Origin: Elsinoe ampelina
Lineage: Eukaryota
Direction: 5' to 3'
Length of the DNA: 64,000 bases
Assembly (NCBI GenBank): GCA_010093995.1
Contig: ML992513.1
Span: 741,203-805,202 of the forward strand
Shown here: piece by piece, positions 45,801 through 57,928 of the stretch
Layout of the letters: every line of letters starts with the position of its first letter
Position numbering within the stretch: position 1 is the first letter of the stretch
Made by a program: the position numbers and the translations under genes
Notes under the pieces: model-generated
What the model was told of the DNA's origin: nothing
The model's database searches: none
Seen by the model: only the letters and a program-made list of their open reading frames with translations

Positions 45801-47243
45801 TGCATTGATCTGGCCTTGTGGATGACGGTTGCATAGGCTTTTGTGGGCTGAAGATAGTGACGGCCAGCGTTTGAGCGCGACGAGTGTATTCGGGTGGAGG
45901 GCTGCCAGTTTGATAATCAGCTGGTCGAGACTTTTGACCAAGGTCGAGTGCGTAGAGTGGTGCGCCGCCGAGGAGAGGTTTGAGAGTTGTCCCAGTATAG
46001 CTTCTCCGAGATGACGGCCTCTTGCTTGCACTCGGGTTAAATGTTTCCAGCAAATCTGTACGATTAAGATCCATATTGGTAGTAGATCCAACGTGCTGGT
46101 GGTAAACGATGTGGTAACCCAATTGAGAAAGTGGTCGCGATCTAGTAAATCCTCATCGACAAGTGCGGTAACTAGACGAATCACATATCTGATGTGCGTG
46201 ACCCAATCTTTCTGGCCGCTACTCCGGATGGTAGCTTCCAGGAACTGCTCGACACAAATTGTCCACTCCTTGATCCACTTCAACTCGCCAGACAACGCGA
46301 CAGAGCCGCTGATACCCTTACGTCTGAATGCGCGGATCTCATTGGCACCGACACATTTGACCAGCCAGATGGCGCGGGCGAGTGGGATCTTCTTGCCGAG
46401 GCATTGATCGAGAAGGACTTTGTTACGGATACCGTGCGGTATGGTGCGGGATAGCCTTCTGAGAGGAACGTCAGCCGATGCGAGATCCCGGAGCCACGCT
46501 TCTCGTTTAGTGTCTGTAAGGGTGACTCGTGGAGGAGGTTTGAAGGTGGATTGCGCGGTACATTTGCCGAGTGCTTGACGTTTGTCCATGGTCTGGATGA
46601 AGAGTGCGGAGAGAGCTAGTAAACCATGCTTAGTCTTGAGATTCTGCCAGATGATAGGACGAGCAATGCTGGACTCGCTCTGGCCCGCATTGGCTGGCTT
46701 GTCAGAGAAGCCATTACGGAATATGGTTTCATTCAAAACATCTTCTGCACCGTCCCCCATCCAAGGTCGATAGTCTGCTTCTTTGCCAGGGCGGAGGGAG
46801 AATGCCAAATTTGGGGCCTTGTTTCCCTGAGCGCGTTGCTGGGCTTCTGTATACTGCTTGCGACTCGACCGAGATCCAGATGGCGTAGCGTCATGGGCAG
46901 GACCGGGGAGGGGAAGCGGCACTGGAACATGAGGAGGTGGATCGTCGTCATCCGAGAAAGGTGATGCCGAGTTCATGGATACATCATCATCCTCTTGGTC
47001 TGCTTCTTGCAAATCGCCCGAGTCTCCGTATGCCATCTGTACGTCATGGTCGTCGCCAACATTCTTCCAACTCTTGTCTTGTCCAGATGCTACAGATACA
47101 TTGTTCGACAATTCGGAGTGCAATCTGGGGGGTTCTTGAGATGAGTTCGAGATAGCAAATGTCGACTGCACGGTCGAGCCATGTCCATAGTCGCCAGGCT
47201 GCGGCAGATGCAGATGATCTAGGCTGGAGGATTGGGCCTCCAT
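42813..47243 (-). CDS. MED12: Mediator kinase-module subunit Med12/Srb8; probable in-frame intron 43444-43494; true start uncertain
   Basis: FKPPPRVTLTDTKREAWLRDLA..VPLRRLSRTIPHG, RAIWLVKCVGANE, C-terminal WELMQDPTP..NDTSLSLQLF. Confidence 0.92.
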   Translation of the reverse strand: MEAQSSSLDHLHLPQPGDYGHGSTVQSTFAISNSSQEPPRLHSELSNNVSVASGQDKSWKNVGDDHDVQMAYGDSGDLQEADQEDDDVSMNSASPFSDDDDPPPHVPVPLPLPGPAHDATPSGSRSSRKQYTEAQQRAQGNKAPNLAFSLRPGKEADYRPWMGDGAEDVLNETIFRNGFSDKPANAGQSESSIARPIIWQNLKTKHGLLALSALFIQTMDKRQALGKCTAQSTFKPPPRVTLTDTKREAWLRDLASADVPLRRLSRTIPHGIRNKVLLDQCLGKKIPLARAIWLVKCVGANEIRAFRRKGISGSVALSGELKWIKEWTICVEQFLEATIRSSGQKDWVTHIRYVIRLVTALVDEDLLDRDHFLNWVTTSFTTSTLDLLPIWILIVQICWKHLTRVQARGRHLGEAILGQLSNLSSAAHHSTHSTLVKSLDQLIIKLAALHPNTLVALKRWPSLSSAHKSLCNRHPQGQINARLQSIATRNDHLNVSSDQTRARLKTPRLQVFDHLDQIAIGTPIDAILRTCQSLCNDAEMLVTAIVDWASTVHRVGRSRIYLAVRLLRQLANTGTSLEEPVLSCLESSSGGARDRSMFDAVVVELVSSRHFNFGKYLQWLISSGHVSTTDKTHASLLHSVPSSQLGTQSLSLRRAILSRLGQRNDQSVSLPPLEGIVGEILESDLSQERWTDLTTEIMAASSSDRLAVSRRLAAILIEQHNERRSTPIATFLAARVLMECAADYPSLYQVLRTLILHAKHQDVANYAATLQRHMDVFDAMGVLQELTVLLHRVHARLRHLNQYDKIFICSLLDLSRAQPRLATQGPSLEQDLIICEQQHAAAVCSPASDSMLTVQSGDIASDEDIDRTLASGNMMDEQLLARLFSAIVERTVKWTVSGSASLASPCRWFASLRLFDTTVFDRHMNNLLGKLVANAGTDQVRAILIALISSGCLNPGNALNAFVKRLDMLESNNAPQLARFAAGTLQTFLPLTDLDHQKISPEIYRFQIAQITVCKEQYKTMLRFVWHGLSMLNDANNCLFTSPAVAWLSTCCVNDSAAVADALHVHERVAAPKGPRVTKLVWMMARGAVSVSPSTTTDQDDTAGLVTMIRGSDELRLPFVRLLIGQVGGTNASLEQQDKLRRAFETAIADHSVTWPQLMDGAGSEVAKSLHQHSSDAILSAVADLLGDSPTSSASSTIAENLKVAAITSSNNDESSIHVMDRVVDLLQQSSERLDEAKGRGTVGDRALERQVTREGLFTSSCLIFHSIASLTRFTILAASSMSADKSTSPTTQKLLGSLCTLMVRGDLQMHQEVQEMLHDCCALLCRSLSTDQRSSIYHRLDESTRQNASTRFMLGIEESRIQWLALASRVPVQPSSTSSPTPIQSSFQSLARQGQQSMPSPRAFGGSASNTSTPLPSPGGQPLSAQIRTPGPVSTEMKYNPFHLRKWELMQDPTPNMGSNDTSLSLQLFAARKVL

Positions 47244-48120
47244 GATAATGATATGGCGGATACTCGAGCTGGCGACATGGCCATAGCCAATCTGCCGGTC
47301 ACGTCGAAGTTGTCATTGCGGCGAGCAGATGGTGTCATTTAGAAATGTATGGTGGTGGAGTGTCGGTCAGCTACCGGATGGTGCTTTTGATTGCTGTGTG
47401 TAGCTGCGCCGCAGACAGAGGAAGGACTGAGGAGTCGAGACAGATAGCGAGCTGCAATTGGAAGAGCGACGAACGACAAATGAACAAGCGAGGTGAATCC
47501 CAGAGGCGTGGGATGTGCAAGTGCTCAGCTGCACCGTCGGAGGCTACTGTACATCACTTGTCGAGATGCGCCGTCGTTCCGGATTCCTTGGGGCTTCTTT
47601 GGCGGGCGGCCCTGTTGCGTCTTTCCCCGATTTGCCGAAAAGATACGCTTGCTTGCCTGGGCGAAGCGCCCCTTTTTTGCTATCGTCTTTTGCCCGCCTT
47701 CCCCCAAAAAAGCCCCAAAGAGGCCCCGGAAGGCCCGAGGAACCCCGAATTGCCAAAGAGCCCTAAAGCTCGTTTCGGCAAGACAAGGATAAACTAATTG
47801 GAGACAGATAGCGCCGATCCCGCGTGGGTACCGTACCCTTTAGCCTGTCATTCGATTCCACTCCGTCGGGTATATCTCTGGTGTCACGGCGATGTCATGA
47901 GATGAAGCATTTGGAATGCTGGGAATTGATCAATTGCTCTCCTCACATGGTGAAAAATAGTGTACAGAGTCGCTAAATCTTGAACGTTCAGACACATTGT
48001 CCCACCCTCCACATCTGGCAAAGTTTACCGGACCGGGATGCAGGATAACCCCAGATTATGAATGCTCTCGCCATCGCTGTCTCTGTATTCTCGGCCCGAC
48101 AAACTCGTCGCTAAATTTCA

Positions 48121-48827
48121 TTACGCACTCGGTGTGGCAGAAGGCGCTGCGGTATTACCCAGACCTGGAGTAGGCGGCATGAATAGCTGCATGTATGACT
48201 TGGTGACAAAGTTAGTGACGCGATATCAAATTAGTCGCTTGGGCTGAGCGCATACCACTCCCAAAGCCATGACTGTCACAAGATTAGCCACATTCTTCTG
48301 CACTCGGACCCGTGTCTACTCACATGCCATTCCGACTGAGAATATGGCTGGCGTGCTCGCTGTCGATTTGTTCTCGGGAGTTTCCTGCAGCCAGGATTGC
48401 ACAGCCATGGTCACTGCCGTCCTACATCAAGATCAGCATTTGTTTCTATTGTGAATCCTGCTGGAGTCTCACCATCCGATGATCCTGTGCGCTCACAGTC
48501 AATTTCGTCATATCGAGTTGGCAGAGAATGTGTTGGACTCACTTGTTCCTGGTAAAGATCTGTAAATGTCAGCATTGAAGCTTCCCAATGTAAAGTAGAG
48601 TCAACCTACCGCAGCCATCGGCAAAGTGCTAGTCATTGTACCTGTGAGATGATCAGAATGTCGTTCCTAAACATCGACCATGATTGTGCGTACTTGAAAT
48701 ATCATTGCTCTCCTTGGTGGCTGGTTCGATGTATGGCACAACTGTTAGTGGGTCAGCAGAGCACAACAATTCTGCCTTCCGAACAAATACCCAAATCTGG
48801 TCTTCGCATATCCTTTTTGCCTGACAT
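48121..48827 (-). CDS. Asterix/UPF0139 (PAT complex subunit, YPR063C-like) small ER membrane protein; 8 exons; absent from the ORF track
   Basis: Seven GT-AG introns with branch sites splice to MSGKKDMRRPDLVVPYIEPATKESNDISSTMTSTLPMAAIFTRNKIIGWTAVTMAVQSWLQETPENKSTASTPAIFSVGMAFMALGVSYMQLFMPPTPGLGNTAAPSATPSA. Confidence 0.85.
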
Positions 48828-49305
48828 TGTGGATCTTGAAGATTTGGAGTAGTGTATGAAGCCGGTGTCCTGTTAAGATGCACAGTATGAAGTCAAATCC
48901 GTGAAGCGGAGTGCCAAGACATTCGACGTCGTCCGCCGCAATCGCAAAAATCACATCACAGCTTCATCTCTCGCCCGCATTCACAACTCTCGACCTTTGC
49001 TTCTCACGCCCCTCGCGCGAGCAATGATCTCGGTGTAGCATCTCTCGAGCTCTTCAGTATACCTACACGCCATGTGGTCTTGTCGCTCATGCGTCACGAT
49101 CCGCACTCCACTGCTTAATCTCCCCTAGAATCAGTCTCCACATCTACTGCTTGGTAAGCTCTTCCACTACATGGAGCTTGTCCCTCATGCTATTTGAGCG
49201 GGACGGACGATCTAAGTTTACATAAACCGTACTGATATCACCAGGCAGCAGTCCTTTCGTCACGTCTGGTCACCTAAGACCAGACCTGACTCTCAGAGGT
49301 CGACC

Positions 49306-52056
49306 ATGAATCCAAACTATCCTCCGGGACCGCCGCCCCAGAACATGCACACACCCCATCAGTCAAGACGGCATCAGGAATACCACCAATACCAGCAGCA
49401 AGCTTCTCCACACTCTCCTTCGCCCTACAATCCCTACGCATATCCATATCCCTCTCCTTACTATGGACATCCGACACCTATGCCATATCAGATGCCACGA
49501 TGGGCACCACAACAGATGCATGCCCCGTACGGTATGCCGCCTCAGATGTACAATACCCCAAGATCTCCCATGGTCGTAAGCTCTCAACCACACATGTCTC
49601 ACATGCCACCTCAACCACAATCCCGACCAATGCCCTACGCTCACGTGCCCTTACCACCTCAATCGCCATATTCGAATCCTCTACCAGCACCATCCACTAT
49701 CTCACAGCCTGTATCATCTCCAAGGGAGCCCCCATCCAAGAGCTCGACACCTCAACCTGCTTCACGACGGTCATCATCTGTAGTTCAAGCTCAGGCAATT
49801 CGGCGGATGCCCTTTTATCCTACGGTATGCCCCTGACATTCTCTTCAGACAAGTATGACACTAATCTTGCCAAGCTCCCATGGTACTCATCACCAGACTC
49901 AAAAGAATCGTTCCCACCTCGAGCGTCGAAGAAGCGTCGACGACAGAACTTGCAGACCATAAACGATACTGTGATTTTACCCTCCCGAGATGCAGATGAG
50001 ACCGAGACGACGACGGAAGAGAAGGATGTTGATGGGGAATACTCAGACCACTCCACCGTCACAAGACAGTCGAATCCAGAGACTCCGGTGACATCACAGG
50101 CCCCGTCCGAAATCGACGCCGTACCTCAAGAGCCAAGGACCGATTTGGAGAAGCCCGCATCGTCACCGAAGCCGCCAGAAGTGAATGGACAGAAGTGGAC
50201 AGATACCAGGCCAGCAATCCCCATCATACCTGCACTGCCACACAGACCTGCGTCCAAACCCAAATCCGCCACGGCCAGCACCACCAATGGCGAGACAACG
50301 TCTCAGGCGCCGCAGAATACGTCGACGGAGCCAGTGTCCGAAACCACTCCTGAACCCGATTCTGCAGAACAGAAGCTGGACGAGCATGAGGTCAAGTCGA
50401 CGCCTAAGTCATGGGCCGATCTGGTCCGCAGCAAAGCAGCAGCCAACGCACAGGCTCTCATGATCAATGGAAATGCATCCAGCAATGGTGCTACCACTTC
50501 GCGATCCGGTACAATTGGCGAGGTGCTGGGCCAGTTTGATGTCCAGGGCGAGCACAAGATGGCCTTCCTCGAGCCTCGCGGCCTGGTCAATACTGGGAAT
50601 ATGTGCTACATGAATTCGGTAAGATTATTCTTAGAGGCTCATCAATAATGTTGCTAATCATTTGTAGATTCTTCAGGTACTCGTCTTTTGCGTTCCCTTT
50701 TACGATTTCCTTGATCAGGTTGGTAAGCGAGCAGCGCACTCTTTCAAAAGTGATACCCCTCTGCTTGATGCCATGATCATGTTTATGCGGGAGTTCAAGG
50801 TTATCGACAGCGCAGAGTCAGCCGAAAAGCTACGAATGCGCCTGAAGGACAACGAGCTGGAGCAGTATGGTGACTCATTGATCCCCGAATACGTTTACGG
50901 AGTGATCAATCGGTTGCCACGCTTTTCCTCCATGAGGGTATGTGCATGATACCGTCATCGGTCTGCATTTACTAACAAGTACCAGCGTGGTCATCAACAA
51001 GACGCCGAGGAGTTCCTTGGCTTCCTTCTTGCCGGGTTACATGACGAATGCACGTCCGTCATGCGATCGTTGGGTGTGCCTGCGCCGTCGGAGGCTCCTT
51101 CGTCGCCAACCTCTACCACATCAGGCACTGCAGATGCTGGATGGCTGGAGGTTGGACCGAAGCAAAAAGCAGCTATCACAAGACAGTCCGGAGATACGGC
51201 AAACTCTTCGCCTGTTACCCGCATCTTTGGAGGCGCCCTACGGTCCGAACTGCGTGTCCCAGGCTTGAAGAATTCCGTCACATTGGAGCCCTACCAGCCA
51301 CTCCAGCTTGACATTGGCGCACCAAACATCAACAATATCACCGAGGCCCTGAAGGGTCTGACCAAACCGGAAAGCTTGACGGGGGACTTCAATTCGCCTC
51401 GGGGTCCCGGCACGACGGCTACAAAGCAGGTCTTTATCGAATCTCTGCCACCGATTCTAATTTTACACCTCAAGCGCTTCCAGTACGATTCGTCTGGAGG
51501 GACGCAAAAGATCTGGAAGAGAATTGGATATCCGTTGGACTTTGAGCTGCCGAAAGAGGTTTTTCCTCCTGCAAAGCGCGGTGGATTCGCTGTCAAAGGC
51601 GGCCTGCCACGATACAGATTGACCGCTGTCGTCTATCATCATGGCAAGAGTGCGGCGGGTGGCCACTACACTGTGGATTTGCTTAGGCAAGACAGGCGAG
51701 AATGGGTGAGGGTGGATGATACGTTGATTCGACGTATCCGCCCAGAAGATGTGGCCGAAGCAGGCGCCGAAGAAGATCCAAAGGTGCTTGCCGAAGCACT
51801 CAAGCGTCATCAGGCTGAACAGGAGTCTGCCCAGCGCAACCCGTACGAAGGGCTTGACGGGGATCAGGAGAATGAGGATGACGGTAAGGCTTGGAACGAT
51901 GTGAACGGAGTGGATAATAAGAAGAGGTGGGCAGGTGTAGCAGCCACTGGAGGCACTGCGACCCCAAGCACGGCAGGGAAGAGGACACCGCGCAGGGAAG
52001 GGGTCAAGGACAACAAGGTCGCGTACATCTTGTTGTACGAGAGAATCTCGATTTGA
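49306..52056 (+). CDS. UBP3: Ubiquitin-specific protease (Ubp3/USP10 type); 4 coding exons
   Basis: Cys box GLVNTGNMCYMNS, QQDAEEFL, His box YHHG...GGHY, PKSWADL motif, Pro/Gln-rich N-terminus. Confidence 0.9.
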
Positions 52057-52365
52057 GAGTCTGCTTTGGCAGATGGAAGCTGGAACTGTGTCGGAGGTAC
52101 ATGGTGGTGAAAAGGTGCTTGTACAGATATTGAAGCAAGATGCGGAGTGTGATTGGAGGGGTAGATCCGTGTGCCTCGCTGGCCGTCACAGGAGGGCATG
52201 AAAAGTACAACAAATCTAATACAGCCCCAGTTAATTTGGGGATCTGCAAGACGGAGCTTGGTGATGTTTCTTTGTACAGTGTGAGTGTCCTTGGTCTTTT
52301 GGATCCTCCCTTGTTGACCCACTGAGAACCCTCTCAACTCGTCCTCCTCATTCCAGCCCTCATCA

Positions 52366-52877
52366 TTATGATCCTCGACCTGTCTCCCTCCGAATGTGTT
52401 CCAATCTCCTCCTTGCCATGATCGTCGGACTCCTCTGCGCCGCTTGTGCTCGAATGAAAGCCTCGGTCATGACAGGCGAGCTGTCTGTCCGTATCGTCAT
52501 GCCGATCGACATGAAAAATCTGGTCCGTCTCAGCATTTGCTTCAATACGGTCTACAAAGTTCCGTACCCAAATGTTGCGGCCGACCCCACCATGTATTGC
52601 CCGATCGTTCGCAGCATTCCGTTTGGTCCAGGACCGAATCGGATGATATTTGTTGCGCCAAAGATGAAGCCGATGATCAGACCGACGGCTGTCAGAAGTG
52701 TTAGGATGAGCTAGCTAGCTGCGGTGGAAGGGAATGACATACAGCTGCCCATCATGGCGCCCATCTTGACTAGGAGACATTAGTCGAAGCCTTGAATGAC
52801 TGAAAGGTTGCCGACACACGCTTGTCAAAAGTCGAGGGACCGGCCATGCCGCCGCCTGCTCCTACTGGGACGGGCAT
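52366..52877 (-). CDS. MGR2: Mitochondrial TIM23-associated Mgr2/Romo1 family protein; 4 exons; not assembled in the ORF track
   Basis: Spliced MPVPVGAGGGMAGPSTFDKLKMGAMMGSSVGLIIGFIFG...GPGPNG..RTIGQYMVGSAATFGFFMSIGMTIR. Confidence 0.9.
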
Positions 52878-53915
52878 ATTGCTGGCTTGTGTGAGTATAT
52901 ATCTTTTGCGTAAAGTTGTAGCGCCGCGGGCATCAAAGCAAGCACTTGGACATGCAGAAGTGCGGAGTTGATAATTTCCTAAAACAGAATTTGCAACAGG
53001 TTTTTCGGAGGAAATAAGGTGCACTAATCCAGGAATGGGTATAGAAATCATCTATGCTCCAACACCAACGTGACAGTCGCAAATGCAGCGATGGCGGAGA
53101 CATTGGAGACCAAGCACGAATGACTGACGATCACATGCAGTGAGATAGACGTATCTTGTGGCGAGAACGTCTACAACGACGTGCACGACGAGTGTTTCGG
53201 CCACAGATCACGTGGTCTTTTCCTTTGTGCTCCTCCACCAGTGACGCCGGCCAAAAGTTCCAAAGTTGCGTCCCCATTTCTTTCTTTGGCGCAAGCGGAG
53301 AAACGACTTTGAGCCAACTTCTGCATCCACTTGCCGCTTGTTTCTGCACCTTCTCACGACTTGCAACATCATCCTACAATAATTCAAGCGCCGCCACCTA
53401 CGATTCGATGTAAAAAGGACGTGACTGAATTCCTCTCATCCGCTCAGCGCTGGACGCCGTTGGCACCGCTCCCGCCGTCAAGAGTCCGTGCATTTTCCAA
53501 AGATCCACGTCCCTTGGTCCCTCCTTGACGAGAAAGACGTTCAATCGCGCACACGACACTGTTCACTGGTCTTCGACTTCTCTGCGCTCACCTGTATCGA
53601 TAATTTCGCTCTTGTCTACTTCCAGCTCGACTCCCCACTGTCTTTGCGCTGTCCAGCCTTGCCCTGCCCGATTCGTGTTCACAAAGTATCTCACGACCCT
53701 GCCGGATCACCGTCCGGATCGCGCAGACACGACTCGGATCTGCTTTACACGGTTTGCGATTGACGACATATCTTACCGAAGAAGAGTTGAATGAGACGGA
53801 ACGGACATTGGGTGCTTGCAGGCCAGGAGTTGTGGTGGAGAAACGACAAGTCTTCACCTGAGTGAAGTCTTTACACTCGAAACCTCGATCCGCTCTTTCC
53901 GCCGCGCACGAGACT

Positions 53916-56161
53916 ATGACCGCAGTAGCACCGCCAGTCCAACTTCAACCATCGAGGACAGGATGGGGTTCCGTTAACGGTGGTCAGAACGGTTTCGCAA
54001 ACATGAGCCAGGAAGAGGTGGGTAAGATGTTCATGCCCGGTCCACGAAAGACTGCGCAACGAACGAATTCTTCCTCATCTTTGAGCTCAAACTCGTCATC
54101 TACCTCGACCATATCTGCTTCCTCGGTCACAGCGAACGGAAACATTTCTGGCAACGATTGGGCGAGGAAGAAGACGACTCGAGGTATTTGGCCTCCTGGC
54201 AAGTCGGAGCCCACATCCGGACTCAGCACTGCTCGACCGCAGTCTGTGTCATCTGTGTCTTCAGGTCCGACCGCCGCATCCGCCATCTCAGCCCTCCACG
54301 GCCCTCTCCTCCCTTCACAGCAGATGGCGAACGGCCAAGTACAACAGAATGGCGCACCACGGACTGGCCCTCCACCGGAAGGCTCGGCGTTCTTGTATTT
54401 ACTTCCCATGAACGGAACGTTTGAGCGCAAAACAATACATGTACCATACTACCCGGACGTCCTCAGGATCGGACGACAGACCAATGCAAAGACTGCACCC
54501 ACACCGACAAATGGCTATTTCGACTCGAAAGTGCTGTCTCGCCAGCACGCAGAGGTATATGCGGAACGAAATGGGAGGATATTCATTCGCGATGTCAAGT
54601 CATCCAATGGCACATTCGTCAATGGCAAGCGCTTGTCACCTGAAAATAAAGAGTCGGAACCTCATGAGCTTAGAGAGCAAGACGTTCTGGAATTGGGTAT
54701 CGACATAGTGAGCGAGGATCAAAAGACGGTGGTCCACCACAAGGTCGCTGCGAGGGTTGAACATGCAGGTATTTATTCCCCGGGCATTGATATTGGGTTC
54801 GGCGACTTCGGTCCAACAGCCTCCAATGGCATTGTGCAGGTCCAGCAGCTGAAGAGAGCAGGCGGACATCCAGGACTTCCCAGCATTAAGACCGCAGGGC
54901 CAATGACTGGACCAGTGTCGGCAATTAGAGATCCCAACGCCTTTCAGCAGCAGCCTTGGTCACGGATGTGGGTTCAGCCAATCTCGACTGAACAGATTGT
55001 GAAAAGGCTCAATGTGAGTGTCGAAGGACAGAAAAGGGTGGATGTGGGACTGACAAACACCAGCGTGAGCTGAATCTGGCGCGGCAACAGCAGCAAGACA
55101 TTGCTCGTGCGAAACAATCTCTGGATCTCCTCATGAAGGGTGAAGCGCCTCCAACAGAAGAGGTTGACGAGAAGAAGAGTCTCGATGCCAAATCGCAGTC
55201 TTCCCCGAAGAAGAATCGACCGGACGTTAACAACCATTTCCCCGAACCTCCCGCACCTCCGCCCTCGCAGCCTCTCCCGGAGAAACCAGACATTAGCAAA
55301 GTCCTGAACGATCCAGCTATCCAGCCTCTTCTCCAGCGCACCGATACCGCCAGACCTTCCATGTTCGACACTTCCGACCACACCAACGCTCTCTTCGTTC
55401 TTACCAGGGAGCTCAAGGCTGCCAAAGATCAGATTCCTTCTCTGCAAGATCGTGTGGTACTTCTTGAACAACAACTCGAGAAGGAGCGGGTCGCTCGAGT
55501 GACCGCAGAGGAACGCGCGTATCAGCTAGAGCATGGTCCTAGGAAGGACTCTGCCGAACCGAATGGAGTGGATGCAGACATGTCAAAAGCTGGCGGATCT
55601 GATCTGAGCGGTAACGAGGACAAAGACTCCTTCTCCATGTCGGAATTGCAATCACAACTTGACCGACTACAGTCGAACATGTTCGACATGAAGCACCAGA
55701 TGGAGGAGTACAGACGTCGTGCAGAAACAGCCGAGAATGATCGAGACGAAGCCAGGCAAAGTCTGCAGGAGATGATCGAACACAAGCGGGCTGCCATGAC
55801 CGACGATGTCAGCACAAAAGGCACCAGGTCGTCGCCGGATGTGGATCTCGATGACAAATCGGAATTGAATGGACACACGATTCGACCATATGGACACGGC
55901 AGACAGGGGCGTCCGATCCCCATTGCCGCTCTTTTAGAACAAGCTGGACTCGGCATCAAGAACGAAGAAGGCGCTATGATCACTCGACAGCAAGCTGCCA
56001 AGCTCCAAGGTGTGCTCAGGAGGGAAGGATTGGTCGAAGAGGGCGCTGACTGGGAGGCTGTACGATACCACGGGCTACCTGGGGCTGCTGCACTGGGCAC
56101 AGTTGTTCTGGGCCTTGTCGTCATGAGGTGGTTGAATGGATGGGAAGCTGTCAAGAGGTGA
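53916..56161 (+). CDS. VPS64: FHA-domain, coiled-coil, tail-anchored STRIPAK subunit (Vps64/Far9/SLMAP-like); intron ~55014-55063
   Basis: RIGRQTN..NGYFDSKVLSRQHAE..DVKSSNGTFVNG.RLS, coiled-coil region, C-terminal TM AAALGTVVLGLVVM.WLNGW. Confidence 0.88.
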
Positions 56162-56952
56162 AGAATTTCCATTCTCTCCTCCGACACTTTCACATACATA
56201 CGTCTGCAGTCAAGCAGATGTACTATTCGGTCAGATCAGCTCATGCTGATTTGTCACCAGTCTCGCCCACGAGTAGGACTCTCCCGAAGGTCGATCAGTG
56301 CCCGGCATATTGGTCGCCACAAGCGTGGTCACCGCCATTCTCTGGCCGATCATTGAAGCAAGCATCTGTGCCTTGCTTAACGGTACTGGCTGGGCGCTGT
56401 ACCAGCTCTGGTCAAGTCAGCTGGAGCTGCTTGGACAGCAGAGTGGAGGCGATATGTGACAGTCCTTCGGTCTCGCGATTGGCAGGGCGAGAAAAGCGGG
56501 TCGATTACCAACCACGTTTGGTATCATGGAATCCATGGTTGGGCAGGGAATGGGAATAATGCATGGAAGGATGGATGGAACAAGGACCACAGCACCCTAT
56601 GATGCATACATGAATTGGACGCTCATTGTTTCTCTTGTACTATCACAGGTAGCATTCGGGTGGCGGTCAGTCATACCATGGGTGGAGCTGGGAGTAATGG
56701 AAATGTCACGCACCGGTGACAGGTCCTTCACGCTGAGAACTATGGTGAGTGATGTTCATGCTGTCATTGTCCCCCAAGATCCATTGTCCTCGCTTCGGTG
56801 AGAGGTGATGAGTGAGTGAGACATTGAAGTCGGATGTACCCGAGCTGCTGAGGTGGATATGACGCTTGGGTGAACACAAAGGACCTGAACACATCCTGAT
56901 CTTGTCTTCACATCAATCAACAATTTCGATGAATATATCGAAGCTGCAGATT

Positions 56953-57928
56953 CTAGATTGGCAAGCCCTGCAAGGTCACCCGCATGAGCATAGAATCCTT
57001 GATCTCTGACGACAGAGACTTGAGCTCGTCGACGTCCCAATTGCACCAGACGAATTTGCCCTTTAAGAAATCGGCTTCGGGAGAAGCAAGCCAAACGTTG
57101 AATTGCCCGGGCAGGTTTACTAGCGGACGGATCAGCTCATGCCATAGTATGGAAGGGTGTTGAAAGCTATGTAAGACATCCGAAGAACAAAGAGGAATGG
57201 AGCTTACCATCATCCTCTCCAGGAAAGTCGGAAACGTTGTTCAGATCGGTATCAACGACGCCGGGCTGGATGTTGTAGACATTGAGATCTGGGTTCTCGA
57301 CCTGGAGGTAATCGAACATCTTGATCGTGGCCAACTTTAATGCTGAGTAGACCCATAGCCCGGGGACCGGCTTTATGTGACCGATGCCAGAGCTGATGTT
57401 CAGGAAGTTGGCGTTGGGGGATAGGTGTGGTACTATCAGCTGTGTGGCGTTGTATGAGCCGATCAAATTGCCCTCAATGCTGGCGCGGAGGTCTGCCTCG
57501 GGGTATGAGACGACAGGATTGAGCGGCTTCAGGGACCCGGCATTATTGACGAAGACATCGACTTTGCTTTGACCTGATTTGCTGAGGGCGTTGGCGAAGG
57601 CAGCTTCTAGAGACTGCCGATTGCTGATATCAGCAGTCTCGGCGATGACGTTGGTGTTGGGATTGACTTCCTTGATCTCCTCAGCAGCTGCTTCGAGAGT
57701 TCCGAGTCGACGCCCGAAGATGGCGACGGCCTTAGCACTGGCCTGCGCAAAGGCGATTGCTGTTGCTTTACCGATCCCGCTCCCGCCACCAGTGATGAAG
57801 ACTACTTTGTCCGCAGCACTCAGCTCGGAGCGAAGAGGGGAGATGGCTGGGTAGGGTTTGTTGTGCCAGGTCTTGGTGAAAGATTGAAACGTCTGCTATC
57901 CGCTGTACGGACCCCCATATTGAACCAT
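56953..57928 (-). pseudogene. Short-chain dehydrogenase/reductase with an in-frame TAG at codon 11 (57896-57898); probable pseudogene or null allele
   Basis: FTKTWHNKPYPAISP, ITGGGSGIG, VNNAG, YSALK, WLASPEADFLKGKFVWCNWDVDEL. The only in-frame ATG upstream of the NAD-binding motif is followed by TAG. Confidence 0.75.
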
